From an uncultured Chlamydiae bacterium (GTDB lineage Bacteria; Chlamydiota; Chlamydiia; Chlamydiales; JAJFMA01): a DNA stretch of 64,000 bases. The first letter of the stretch is position 1; each line of letters starts with the position of its first letter. The position numbers were made by a program, and so were the translations under genes. Location: assembly GCA_963713615.1 (NCBI GenBank), contig CAVQMM010000001.1, positions 512,001-576,000 of the forward strand. Direction: 5' to 3'. Shown piece by piece: positions 9,946 to 20,056 of this stretch. The notes under the pieces are model-generated. The model was not told where the DNA came from and did no database searches. It worked only from the letters and a program-made list of their open reading frames with translations.

Positions 9946-11559
9946 ATGGCAGCGCCAAGATCAGCAGTATCTACAACGACCCGTTTCCCAGCCTATTCAG
10001 CTTATCAGAAGCTGCAACATTTGGCTGAAAATCCTATAGATTTGACTGTCGATGGCGTTGTTACTCCGCAGCGGTTGAAATCGATGGTAGCAAGTGCCTG
10101 TGGATATAAATTTCTTTATGGCACCGAAAGAGTGACTCCCGAGGTAATGCAAGCCCTTAAGGAACTGTCTGATGAAGCCGAAGCAGTCCCTAAGATGCTG
10201 AAGATGCAACAGGGCGAGGTGATGAACTTCATCGAAGGTCATCCCAGCGACAATCGTGCTGTTTTGCACACGGCGATGCGTGATTTCTTCGAAGATCCCA
10301 TCAACACCCCCAAGGCTAAAGAGGCCACTAAACTCGCTTTGGAGCAGCATAAGAAACTCAAAAGGTTCCTAGAGTCCGTCGGCGATCGCTTTACCGACCT
10401 TGTAGCAGTGGCTATCGGAGGCTCAGACCTCGGGCCTAAGGCTCTCTACCTAGCCCTGCAGCAGCTGCGTCGGCCGAACCGACGTGTCCATTTTGTCAGC
10501 AATATCGACCCCGATGCTGTGGCGCCTGTGCTGCGGGATATCGATCTATCTAAAACGCTGGTTGTAGTGGTGTCGAAGTCAGGATCAACGTTGGAGACAG
10601 TGACCAACGAGCGGTTTATGCGCGAGCAGTTTGAGATTAAGGGCTTGCCATCGGATAAACATTTTGTGAGTGTTACGGCCCAGGGAAGTCCGATGGATAA
10701 TACGCACCACTACCTGGAAGCGTTTCATATGTGGGACTTTGTCGGAGGGCGTTTCTCGGGAACCTCGATGGGTGGGGCTCTGACATTAGCTTTTGCATAC
10801 GGATATGATGTTTTGTGGGAAGTGCTGCGCGGTGCGAATGCCATGGATAAGGCTGCCCGCAATAACGATCTCAAAACAAACCTGCCATTACTGGGTGCTC
10901 TTCTCAGTATCTGGAATCACAATTTCTTGCGACATCCCACCCTGGCATTTATTCCTTATTCCGAGCTGCTTCACCGATTTCCAGCTCACATTCAACAAGT
11001 TGTCATGGAGTCTAATGGAAAGCGAATCGATAAGCACGGTGTGGCGGTAGACTTTGATACTGGACCCATTGTGTGGGGAGAGCCGGGCACTAGCGCACAA
11101 CACTCGTTCTACCAGCTGATTCACCAAGGCACCGACCCTGTTCCGTTAGAGTTGGTGGGTTTTAAGGAAAATGGTTATGGCATAGATACCGAAGTGCAAG
11201 GAACGACCTCGCAGGAAAAATTGTTGGCCAACTTGTTCGCGCAGGCGTTAGCTTTGGCCGTAGGGCATCGTCATGACAACCCAAACAAGGTGTTTCCAGG
11301 TAATCGTCCAAGCCATATTCTTTTGGGCAAGAAGCTCACCCCCTTTGAGTTAGGCGCACTTTTTGCCTATGTCGAGCATAAAGTGGTCTTTGAAGGATTT
11401 ATTTGGGACATCAATTCCTTCGACCAGGAGGGTGTAGAGCTTGGCAAAGTATTAGGCAACAAAGTCCTTGCTCTCTTTGCCAAAAAACGTGGAGCGGCTA
11501 CCAAGGAAGAGGCATACCCTCTTGGAGAGGCCCTATTGTCGCATCTAGATGGCTTATAA
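9946..11559 (+). CDS. pgi: Glucose-6-phosphate isomerase
   Basis: IGGSDLGP, SKSGSTLET, VGGRFS, QHSFYQLIHQG, INSFDQEGVELGK. Confidence 0.98.
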   Translation: MAAPRSAVSTTTRFPAYSAYQKLQHLAENPIDLTVDGVVTPQRLKSMVASACGYKFLYGTERVTPEVMQALKELSDEAEAVPKMLKMQQGEVMNFIEGHPSDNRAVLHTAMRDFFEDPINTPKAKEATKLALEQHKKLKRFLESVGDRFTDLVAVAIGGSDLGPKALYLALQQLRRPNRRVHFVSNIDPDAVAPVLRDIDLSKTLVVVVSKSGSTLETVTNERFMREQFEIKGLPSDKHFVSVTAQGSPMDNTHHYLEAFHMWDFVGGRFSGTSMGGALTLAFAYGYDVLWEVLRGANAMDKAARNNDLKTNLPLLGALLSIWNHNFLRHPTLAFIPYSELLHRFPAHIQQVVMESNGKRIDKHGVAVDFDTGPIVWGEPGTSAQHSFYQLIHQGTDPVPLELVGFKENGYGIDTEVQGTTSQEKLLANLFAQALALAVGHRHDNPNKVFPGNRPSHILLGKKLTPFELGALFAYVEHKVVFEGFIWDINSFDQEGVELGKVLGNKVLALFAKKRGAATKEEAYPLGEALLSHLDGL

Positions 11560-11580
11560 GAGAGCTCGAAGGATGATCAC

Positions 11581-12159
11581 ATGCTGAGCCAGACCCCTAG
11601 ACAGTCGGACATTCGTAACTTCCTGTTTGTGCTCCTTTCCGGTGTGGTGGTTGCATGCGCCGTTGTGGGCGCGATGGCCTACATCTATAGCCCTTCGGGA
11701 CGTTTCTGGTCTCATCATGTGCTGCTTGCCCCTGAAGTCATTGAGGAAGGAGTCTACAATGACTTTGATCCTGCCACGGGTCAGACCAAGCGGTTTGTAT
11801 TCGAACGTCTTGAATTTACTTATTTTGATAAGGAAAAACGCAAGTGGGTGTCCACGACGGTAGACTTGGAAGCCTATCGACGGTTTTGGAAACTGGTAGA
11901 GAGTGACTGGAGCATTCTTCAGCCAACTGAAGATATCACCAGTATCTTTAATGTACCCCACCCATCTCGCTTGATGGTGTGGATGCGCCCAGACCCTGCG
12001 ACAGGTCCCGTGAGGGTTTTCCAAGAGGTCGATTTTGCACCTGGCAAGGATGCCTACCGTGTCGAGCTGCGTGGACAGCAAGACATCACGGGGCAATGGG
12101 CATTCTTTCAGCATGCGTCTATCTTTGAAAACGTGTTAGATCTTTTTGTGACACACTGA
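11581..12159 (+). CDS. Hypothetical protein with N-terminal membrane anchor
   Basis: In operon between pgi and phnP; stop overlaps next start. Confidence 0.75.
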   Translation: MLSQTPRQSDIRNFLFVLLSGVVVACAVVGAMAYIYSPSGRFWSHHVLLAPEVIEEGVYNDFDPATGQTKRFVFERLEFTYFDKEKRKWVSTTVDLEAYRRFWKLVESDWSILQPTEDITSIFNVPHPSRLMVWMRPDPATGPVRVFQEVDFAPGKDAYRVELRGQQDITGQWAFFQHASIFENVLDLFVTH

Positions 12160-12950
12160 TGACATTGACAGGCAAACTACTTTTTTTGGGAACTGGTGGG
12201 TCGATGGGCATCCCAGTGATTGGGTGCGAATGTGCCGTATGCCGTTCCAATTCCGACTTTGACAAACGCTTGCGTCCGTCGGCTTTGGTGACGATTGGTG
12301 AGAAGCGCTTCTTGATCGATACCGGACCGGACCTTCGGCAGCAGGCGCTACGGTATCATCTTAAAGTTTGCGATGGCATTCTTTTAACTCATGCCCACAA
12401 CGATCACGTGGCGGGAATGGATGAGCTTAGGCTCTTTTATTTATATGGTGGACAGAAGCCCCTGCCGTTGTTGCTGTCGCCGGAGACCTATAAGGATGTA
12501 TCGGCACGTTTTGGGTATATGTTTGGGCTAGATCCACGTGTGCAGGGGCTTATGCCCGCCTTTGATGCTCACCTGCTTAAAGAGGAACGTGGGACGACGG
12601 AATTCGTGGGTATAAAGATCGGTTACTGCAGCTATTTTCAGGTGGGCATGAAGGTCAACGGCTTTCGTTTTGGCGATATGGCCTATATCTCGGATATTCG
12701 AAACTATCCCGAGACAATCTTTGAAGATCTCCAGGGAGTACGCACGCTGATTCTAACGGCTCTACGTTTTACACCGTCAAACATCCATTTAAGTGTCGAT
12801 GAAGCCGTTGCCTTTGCGGAACGTGTAGGTGCTGAGCACACTTGGCTGACGCACATTGCCCACGACCTCGATCACAAAAAAACTAACGCCTATCTTCCCT
12901 CACATATCCGTTTAGCTTATGATGGTCTGGAGATTGTGTTTCCCATCTAG
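12159..12950 (+). CDS. phnP: PhnP-like metallo-beta-lactamase-fold hydrolase
   Basis: FLGTGGSMGIPVIGCECAVC and THAHNDH motif. Confidence 0.9.
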   Translation: MTLTGKLLFLGTGGSMGIPVIGCECAVCRSNSDFDKRLRPSALVTIGEKRFLIDTGPDLRQQALRYHLKVCDGILLTHAHNDHVAGMDELRLFYLYGGQKPLPLLLSPETYKDVSARFGYMFGLDPRVQGLMPAFDAHLLKEERGTTEFVGIKIGYCSYFQVGMKVNGFRFGDMAYISDIRNYPETIFEDLQGVRTLILTALRFTPSNIHLSVDEAVAFAERVGAEHTWLTHIAHDLDHKKTNAYLPSHIRLAYDGLEIVFPI

Positions 12951-12967
12951 CAGTTTTAGGAGAATCG

Positions 12968-14284
12968 ATGTCCGAGAAATTTGAAACACCAGTGAATTCC
13001 ACGCTACCTCCCAAGGAGGAACGAAAAGCTCTTTTAGTAACAGCTCCTAGAGGAGATATCTCTAAAGAGCTTGCTCAAGACCATCTGGATGAGCTTGAGT
13101 TATTGGTGGAGACCTATGGTCTGCCGGTTGCCGGTAAAGTGATTTGTCATCTGCGCAAGTTCGCGGCGGCAACATTGGTAACGCCCGGTAAGCTTGAAGA
13201 ATTAATAGAAACCGCTCGACAGGTTGCTGCAGATGTTATCATCTTTGATGACGAGATTTCTCCCGCGCAACAACGCAACCTAGAAAAGGCCTTTGGCGCC
13301 CCTGTCATGGACCGCACTGAAATAATTTTAGAGGTCTTTTCGCAGCGTGCTCAGAGTCGCGAAGCACGTCTACAGGTTGAACTAGCCAAGGTTAAATATC
13401 AGATTCCTCGTTTGAAAAGGTTGTGGACACACCTTGAACGTCAAGCTGGCACTGGAGCTGGGGGGCAAGGAGCCTACACTAAGGGTGCGGGCGAGAAGCA
13501 GATTGAGATAGACCGTCGCTTACTCCGAAAGCGCATTGATAGGCTGCAGGATGAGCTGCTTGAGGCTGATGCACATCGTGAGACAGTGCGTGTGGGACGT
13601 CAGCGATCTGCCATTCCGATCTGTGGGCTTGTGGGCTATACCAATGCCGGAAAATCCACTTTAATGAATGCTTTGACGGAAGCTGGGGTATTTGTAGAGG
13701 ATAAGCTCTTTGCCACCCTAGATACGACCACACGCAAATTCATGCTGCGCAATAAGCAGGAGATTCTGCTCATCGATACAGTAGGATTTATCCGTAAGCT
13801 GCCACATAACCTCGTTGCCGCATTTCGCAGTACATTGCAAGAAGCCGCCTTCGCTGATATTTTGCTGCATGTTGTAGATGTTAGCAACCATGCTGCTGTG
13901 GAACAGGCTGTAACAACCATCGAGGTGCTTAAGGAGCTTGGCGCTGGTGATAGACCCATCATTACCTTGCTAAATAAAATCGATCTTCCCAATACCGCTG
14001 CCATGGCTACGCGGTTACGTACGCTATATCCTAAAACGATTCCGATCTCAGCATTAACTGGAGCGGGTCTGGAAGAGATTGAAGAACGTATCATTGAAGA
14101 GTTGCAAAGCCGTCGCCGGCGGGTCAAATTACGTATTCCTCAGAGCGACTATGGAGTCATTACCGAGCTTATGCGAGTCGGGAATATCATAGACCAAGAA
14201 TATGAAGATAATGATGTGATGGTCGATGTTGAATTGCCACCGGATTGGGCTGAAAGGCTTTCCCGTTACCACGTTAATACATGA
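12968..14284 (+). CDS. hflX: Ribosome-splitting GTPase HflX
   Basis: GYTNAGKST, DKLFATLD, DTVGF, NKID. Confidence 0.97.
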   Translation: MSEKFETPVNSTLPPKEERKALLVTAPRGDISKELAQDHLDELELLVETYGLPVAGKVICHLRKFAAATLVTPGKLEELIETARQVAADVIIFDDEISPAQQRNLEKAFGAPVMDRTEIILEVFSQRAQSREARLQVELAKVKYQIPRLKRLWTHLERQAGTGAGGQGAYTKGAGEKQIEIDRRLLRKRIDRLQDELLEADAHRETVRVGRQRSAIPICGLVGYTNAGKSTLMNALTEAGVFVEDKLFATLDTTTRKFMLRNKQEILLIDTVGFIRKLPHNLVAAFRSTLQEAAFADILLHVVDVSNHAAVEQAVTTIEVLKELGAGDRPIITLLNKIDLPNTAAMATRLRTLYPKTIPISALTGAGLEEIEERIIEELQSRRRRVKLRIPQSDYGVITELMRVGNIIDQEYEDNDVMVDVELPPDWAERLSRYHVNT

Positions 14285-14291
14285 GTGAGCT

Positions 14292-14981
14292 ATGGACAAG
14301 AGCGTAATACACATGTTGCCAGAGAGCGACCGACCACGCGAACGTTTGCGTAGGCATGGGGCAGAGGCTATATCCACTGCAGAATTACTCGCGATCATTC
14401 TAGGGAGCGGCATCAAAGGTAAGTCTGTTCTGGAGCTTTCGCAGGACATCATGACGCAGTTTGGAAGCCTGGAGATGCTTGCACAGGCAACATTGGCGGA
14501 GTTGAGCACGATCAAGGGGTTGGGCCCTGCTAAGGCCCTACAGCTTCTTGCGGCTATCAATCTCGGAAAACGATTGGCTCGTCAGCAACCTGTAGAGCGT
14601 CAGAAGATCGGCTCACCGGCACAAGCATATGCTGCGGTTTGCGATGACCTTGTGGATCAAAAGCGCGAACTATTCCTGGTCGTCCTTCTGGATACCAAGG
14701 GTTGCAAAATTTGCAATGAAACGGTCAGCGTGGGGACCTTGTCGCGAACTTTGGTTCATCCGCGAGAAGTCTTCTATCCTGCAATCCGTCATAAGGCGGC
14801 GCGGATCATCCTAGCGCACAACCATCCCAGCGGGGATCCCACCCCTTCTTATGAGGATGTCACGGTGACCCGCGAGCTGATCGCTGCCGGTAAGATGATG
14901 GGCATCCCGGTGAGTGACCACATCATCGTCGGCAAAAACAATTTCACCTCATTGCGCCAAAATGGTGAGAACTTTGACTAG
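14292..14981 (+). CDS. radC: RadC family JAB-domain protein
   Basis: RPRERL N-terminus, HhH IKGLGPAKA, HPREV and HNHPSG motifs. Confidence 0.95.
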   Translation: MDKSVIHMLPESDRPRERLRRHGAEAISTAELLAIILGSGIKGKSVLELSQDIMTQFGSLEMLAQATLAELSTIKGLGPAKALQLLAAINLGKRLARQQPVERQKIGSPAQAYAAVCDDLVDQKRELFLVVLLDTKGCKICNETVSVGTLSRTLVHPREVFYPAIRHKAARIILAHNHPSGDPTPSYEDVTVTRELIAAGKMMGIPVSDHIIVGKNNFTSLRQNGENFD

Positions 14982-15143
14982 CTAAAAAAAAAGATTTAGG
15001 ACTTTTACCATAGAGAAAGCCGGGACGCCGAGATAAGAGAGAGAAGAAGGAATTTTTCAGCTCGCTCGAGTAGCCACAGTTCCAAAGCCTGAGTGATCGG
15101 TGCGGCACTTCTATCAAGCTGCTCTTGCAACTGGTTGATTCCT

Positions 15144-15243
15144 TGGACTGACTGGACTAATTGGACGACCTGGACAAAAATGGACTTCACTTTTTTGTCA
15201 CAGTCCAGTGCGTCCAATTAGTCCAGTCAGTCCAGTTCGTCCA
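15144..15243. repeat. Inverted array of TGGAC pentamers at 9-bp period
   Basis: tggac at 15144, 15153, 15162, 15171, 15181; gtcca at 15203, 15212, 15221, 15230, 15239. Confidence 0.85.
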
Positions 15244-15312
15244 TGACCCAAAACCATGCGAGATTCCTGTTACTTGGGAGTGCTTGTCGCTTGCGACGCT
15301 TTTTACAGCAAC

Positions 15313-16221
15313 CTATACTTTAATCGCATGCGTCCGTTCATACCAGCTACAGGCAACCAACAGAGCGGCGTCCCCATACAATTCGGCTACAGCATTGATG
15401 TCTTGCAAATTAGAGGAGTCGAGAGCTTTGTCCAGCCACTGGCGACACAATGCTTTCAGGCCCTCCATTTCGGTACAATGCGCCAGACGATATAGTGAAA
15501 GGCAGTATTCTACATTAGTCTGCTTTAAAATTGACCTTTCTGAAGGTTCATGATTGTAAATAAAATATAAGAGGTCTTTGAATAGTGTTGGATCCTGAGT
15601 ATGTTTAAAGATATCTTCTTTAGCTTGCGGGTCTAATGTAGGGTCTAGAAAAAAGTTCTTAAAATAATTGGACTGAGCCGCAAGAACAGCACGATGCACA
15701 GGGATTTTTACCGCAGCACCAGCATTAGGTCCAATGAAGTACGTGAAGTCTGTTAGTTGGCCTTGCGCGGCTAAAGACCACATGGTCTGCTCCATAGATG
15801 CGGGGGCAGGTTCGTATCTGGGTAGTGCAGGTCGCGGTTTTAAATAGGGGTTCGTCTCCGACCACATTATATGTCCTTTTAGTTTACTATGTGCCCTATC
15901 CCAGCTAGCTCGGACCTCCCATTGTAATTCTTCAAAAACAGGCTTTAAATATGCTATTGTGCCTTTGATGGTATTTTCCCTAAGGTCACCCTCAAAATTA
16001 GCGAAGCTAGCCGGTGGGCTTCCTTGAGCACGAGGCAGCGCTAGCAGATATAGGTTGGTGAGTGTTTGCGCCATCCATTCCTGTTCGGCTTGGGGACAGG
16101 CATTCCAAGGGTACACCTTTTCGCGTTCGGGCCAGGTAAACTTGTTAAGGAATTGGAGGGCTTGATTTCTATCGCTTAGATCTATTCCAGGTACAACGGC
16201 TTCCATGACTTTACCTTCCAT
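15313..16221 (-). CDS. BTB/POZ-domain protein (eukaryotic-like, putative effector)
   Basis: TDFTYFIG...IPVHRAVLAAQSNYFKNFF...FKDLLYFIY...LKALC BTB pattern. Confidence 0.85.
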   Translation of the reverse strand: MEGKVMEAVVPGIDLSDRNQALQFLNKFTWPEREKVYPWNACPQAEQEWMAQTLTNLYLLALPRAQGSPPASFANFEGDLRENTIKGTIAYLKPVFEELQWEVRASWDRAHSKLKGHIMWSETNPYLKPRPALPRYEPAPASMEQTMWSLAAQGQLTDFTYFIGPNAGAAVKIPVHRAVLAAQSNYFKNFFLDPTLDPQAKEDIFKHTQDPTLFKDLLYFIYNHEPSERSILKQTNVEYCLSLYRLAHCTEMEGLKALCRQWLDKALDSSNLQDINAVAELYGDAALLVACSWYERTHAIKV

Positions 16222-16450
16222 GTACAGAAAATTTAAATGTTTTGATATGACATATCATTGAGTCGATATTCGTGTAAACACAAAAGTATTTGTTACATTA
16301 AAAATAGAATTTTGAGCTTTCACTCAATGATATGGACCTGATTATGCAAGTAGCCTTGGAAATGATGGGGAGTGATCCCGCCCATCCTGCCACGAAGATG
16401 CGATCCTGTATATCCTGTTAAAGTTCATTTTAGCGTTATCTACAACACCT

Positions 16451-16660
16451 TTAAAGATCGTCCTCTTCTTTGCGATCCATGACTTCCTCCGGACTCAGAG
16501 CCTCTTCTTCTTGATAGTATTGCTCATCTTCATTGTCGCCTCTTTCTTCTTCAGGAGTCATGAAAGGTTCTCGTAAACGATCGCTAGGTCCTGTCTCTTC
16601 ATCATGGTCAAAATTGAGAGACTTGGGATCATCGGAATCTTCTTTTTTTCTACGTGTCAT
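16451..16660 (-). CDS. Small acidic hypothetical protein (69 aa)
   Basis: Strong SD gaggagg before ATG at 16660; D/E-rich. Confidence 0.6.
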   Translation of the reverse strand: MTRRKKEDSDDPKSLNFDHDEETGPSDRLREPFMTPEEERGDNEDEQYYQEEEALSPEEVMDRKEEDDL

Positions 16661-16822
16661 ATCACCCCTCCTCACATCAGACTCTATCTTATTGCTAACA
16701 TGAAATGCGCAATCTAGGAAAGGGAAAGCAGGGGAGCAAGGTATGGTAGGGCGGTTGATGGCTAGGACAATGACGACCCTAAAATCGTCATCGTCTAGCA
16801 CATCCTTTCGTCTACCCAAGCT

Positions 16823-19570
16823 CTATTTGTTTATTTTTTTGAGAAATCTGTCGGCGAGCTTTGTGCTTATCTCTATCATCTGGCAAGTTTCCTGGCAGAG
16901 AGGCTGACACAGCTCTTGTGTTTGCTGTTGCTCGGTGGAAAGCGAAGATTCACTAACCGGTTGCGCGTGACTTTTATTAAGTTGTTGCAAGAAGGATTTG
17001 GCTTCCTTAGCAGTAGCAGCCTGCTTTGCTCGTTTGTTTAACCCACTTTGAAAGTTATTGGTTTTTAGGGTCTCTCCCGCATAGCGAATAACATGGTTTA
17101 TCTCGGAACTGGACCATAAAAAGTCTCGTTCAGGAACTGTTAAGGACTTAGTATTTAACTTGCAGGTCTGAGCCCAATTCAACAGGCTATGAGATCTGTT
17201 TTTTCTTGGAATATCTTCTAATTTGATTTCTCCGCTTTTTTCGCCGATAGCCATCGCTAGCTGGTGGATAGCATGGTACATATAGCGATGAAGAGTGAGG
17301 TAGAAGGCTGAAAGATTATTCGATCGGGATGCTCGGGATAAACGCGCCTTGGCGAGCTCCAGATAGCGCTCTGAGTTTGCCAACAAGGTGTTCGATTCGC
17401 TGTCCTTCTTTAAATTATCAATCGTTGATATTTTTTTTATTCGAACGAGTATCTTATCGATTTTTTCGATGGATTCTCTGACAATTGGCTGGCTCTTTCC
17501 AATGCGTAACTCCTGAGGGTTCCCGATACTTTCCCATACTTGAGCAGTTGAGCCCGTATGTGGCTGGGGCTGATTCAACCATTCGGAGACCCCAGTAGCG
17601 AGGGAATCGATCGTTTCACCCATAAATTGGTAAACTTCATTGACTAATTGTTGAACTTGCTCAGGAGGAACTCTCCGTCCCTGATGCCGCATGTCTTCGC
17701 ATTTGCGTAGCAGCTCTTCATCCATACTTGGAGTGTTCCACTCAGTCATTTCATAGAGATATCGTTCGTATCTCTCTACTCGATCCGTGTCCTGAGTCAA
17801 TTTCAAGAAACGAGTCTTCAAGTCTGCTGAAAGTTGCATACGTCTAATCATAATTGTTAGTTTATGACCAATGACTCGATTGAGTTCTTTCTCAGACCTT
17901 GGGCTGACCTGTTCCAGACGCATAGATGTGATCGTCTGTTCCGTAAGCAGGCTTAACTGAATAAGAAGATGTGATAAATGTTCCGCGGTTTCGGCTGGTG
18001 TCTCTGCCGAGGCTCTATCTCGCATTTCTCTTTTTATCTGCCTTGCCAGTTGATGGGCCGCTGCTGCCGCCTTTTTAGCAAAAGGATTTTGAACAGAATC
18101 GCGAAGCCCTTTGAATAGTTTGACAACCTGGCGGATGGGATCCTCCGTCGGGGCTTCATCAAGAATCGGAGCGACATCAGCATTCATCTCGACAATTTTT
18201 ATATTGTCTGCCTCTAAGATCTGAAGAGGTTGCAAATTGGCAAGGCCTATCTGCATTTGCTGAAGATCGTGACTGTTTTGAGATTCCGTTATGGATCGGA
18301 GTATTGGGCTAGCACTGAGATGACAGATTTGAAGGAGTAGATCTTGATCATTCAAAAGGTCAGAAGCTTCGCTTAAGCTCTTTAGAGTACCTTGATAGTG
18401 AGAAAATCCGCCTTTTTTTATCTGATAACCAGCGATTGCATTTCGTTCTTCTTTTTGTAGAGGTTGTTCCAAAAAGTTTTGATAGTCATTCTCGAGATCC
18501 GCAGTAGTTAAGGTCTCTTCTCTAGCTAGATAGGTAGCTAAGTTCTTCAGTTCGTTGAGCGTTTGTTCTATCTCGTGATTGATCTTTTGAAATTCTTCGC
18601 TGGTGCTTTCAATGTTGGATGCAAGCTGGTGTAGAAAAGGAGTTATATGAGCTGACAGTACTAAAGATTGTTTATAGTTGTTCTGTACTTTAACGACTTC
18701 CTCAGTGAGATATTCATAAGGATAATCTAAATAAGCGGGAATTACCCCCCCCTTAAACAATGCGACATGGTCTTCGCGAAATTCTTGAAGCCTCTCGCTC
18801 ATTTGTTGAAATTTTTGCTGTGCAAAAACGAAAATTTCTAGGCCAGCGCCTTGAATGAGATTTTTAAGGCCTGTTTCATAGTTTTCTATTTGACTTTGCC
18901 ATTCGGAACAAAAAGAGGAATATTCAATTAGGAAAATACTAGTAACAGTAGGCAGATAGATTGCGCTTTGCAATTCACCTGCTACGCGATCGCGTACTGG
19001 ACGCCAATCACCAGGTTCTTGCACGTGCGGAGCATGTAGATGATACAATGGTTTATTCCAAGCGTTGAATAGATTTTCATTCGTTTGAAGATTACCTGGG
19101 GCAGTCTTTATGTACTTTTCTAATTCCGAATGTAAATCATTAAAGAGATTTTTCATTCGTCCATTATCTAATTGTTTCACCTTTTGCACGATCTCGCTGT
19201 GGTTCGTAAGAAGAGGCGCATTGCCTTTTTGAAGCGAGTCCAAAAAATTTAGTAAGTCCTTTTTGTGCGTAGACCAGCTTATGGAATATCCTTGTGAATA
19301 GGAACTATTGCAAAGTCGTTTTTTCATGAGGCTGATCGCATTGATGAAAAATAGCTCCTTTAAGCTAAAGCCAGTAAGGTGGTTAGGTAATCCCCCAATT
19401 GCAACGCACAAATCTTCAGAAAGAGTTTTCATTGCTTCAATTCGGGTTTTAGCTTCAGTTTGAAACAATACAATAGGGACTCCCGAATGGCCTGTTCTAT
19501 TTGCGAGATTTACACTACCAGAATTATTTAAAAATGTAATAAAATTACCAGTATCCATCTTATTTACCAT
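16823..19570 (-). CDS. 915-aa helical orphan with two putative C-terminal HEPN-like domains
   Basis: Long intact ORF; repeats of E/Q...H-x-L...RY pattern (GHKL..ERY; RKNRSHSL..IRY). The domain call is tentative. Confidence 0.8.
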   Translation of the reverse strand: MVNKMDTGNFITFLNNSGSVNLANRTGHSGVPIVLFQTEAKTRIEAMKTLSEDLCVAIGGLPNHLTGFSLKELFFINAISLMKKRLCNSSYSQGYSISWSTHKKDLLNFLDSLQKGNAPLLTNHSEIVQKVKQLDNGRMKNLFNDLHSELEKYIKTAPGNLQTNENLFNAWNKPLYHLHAPHVQEPGDWRPVRDRVAGELQSAIYLPTVTSIFLIEYSSFCSEWQSQIENYETGLKNLIQGAGLEIFVFAQQKFQQMSERLQEFREDHVALFKGGVIPAYLDYPYEYLTEEVVKVQNNYKQSLVLSAHITPFLHQLASNIESTSEEFQKINHEIEQTLNELKNLATYLAREETLTTADLENDYQNFLEQPLQKEERNAIAGYQIKKGGFSHYQGTLKSLSEASDLLNDQDLLLQICHLSASPILRSITESQNSHDLQQMQIGLANLQPLQILEADNIKIVEMNADVAPILDEAPTEDPIRQVVKLFKGLRDSVQNPFAKKAAAAAHQLARQIKREMRDRASAETPAETAEHLSHLLIQLSLLTEQTITSMRLEQVSPRSEKELNRVIGHKLTIMIRRMQLSADLKTRFLKLTQDTDRVERYERYLYEMTEWNTPSMDEELLRKCEDMRHQGRRVPPEQVQQLVNEVYQFMGETIDSLATGVSEWLNQPQPHTGSTAQVWESIGNPQELRIGKSQPIVRESIEKIDKILVRIKKISTIDNLKKDSESNTLLANSERYLELAKARLSRASRSNNLSAFYLTLHRYMYHAIHQLAMAIGEKSGEIKLEDIPRKNRSHSLLNWAQTCKLNTKSLTVPERDFLWSSSEINHVIRYAGETLKTNNFQSGLNKRAKQAATAKEAKSFLQQLNKSHAQPVSESSLSTEQQQTQELCQPLCQETCQMIEISTKLADRFLKKINK

Positions 19571-19780
19571 ATTCTATTGTTAGTAGTTAACTTTTACAGC
19601 TTGTTAATGTTTATGTCAATGGACTTTATATAGAATAAAAAAAACTTTCGAATTCGTAGGGCTTGCCTAGGCGCTGAGTGAGAAGGCGATTCTGGAGAGC
19701 TCAGGTGCGCCAGCCAACCTTTTGAGTTGCCTAGAAAGCCTTAAAGCATTGAAACATAAGCCCAAAGGGCTTGTTAGGTT

Positions 19781-19899
19781 GATGCCATGGCCTGTTGCAA
19801 TATCGACCCTTCGGGCCTGGGAAGGGAATGACTCTCTCTTCACCGGCATCCGATTTTCAGGAAATTGACTTCGGAGAATCGGACTTCTGCAATTACCTC
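19781..19899. repeat. Repeat arm, reverse complement of 41949-42067
   Basis: gatgccatggcctgttgcaatatcgacccttcgggcctggg...tgcaattacctc, near-identical. Confidence 0.9.
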
Positions 19900-20056
19900 T
19901 TATGGACAATAATGGACACAAGGGACAGCATGGACATTTACTAAAAAATGACAAGGCCTATCAAGAGCAGCTGTTTGCCTTAACCCAAGAATCCTAGCAT
20001 TAAACTCCCCCGTGATTGTCGCAGCCGATAGACGGTCATGGGGTTTCATAACACTC

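Noticed and set aside
14292..14981. radC as a mobile-element marker
   Set aside because: Full-length form with HhH region in a core operon after hflX, not the short mobile type
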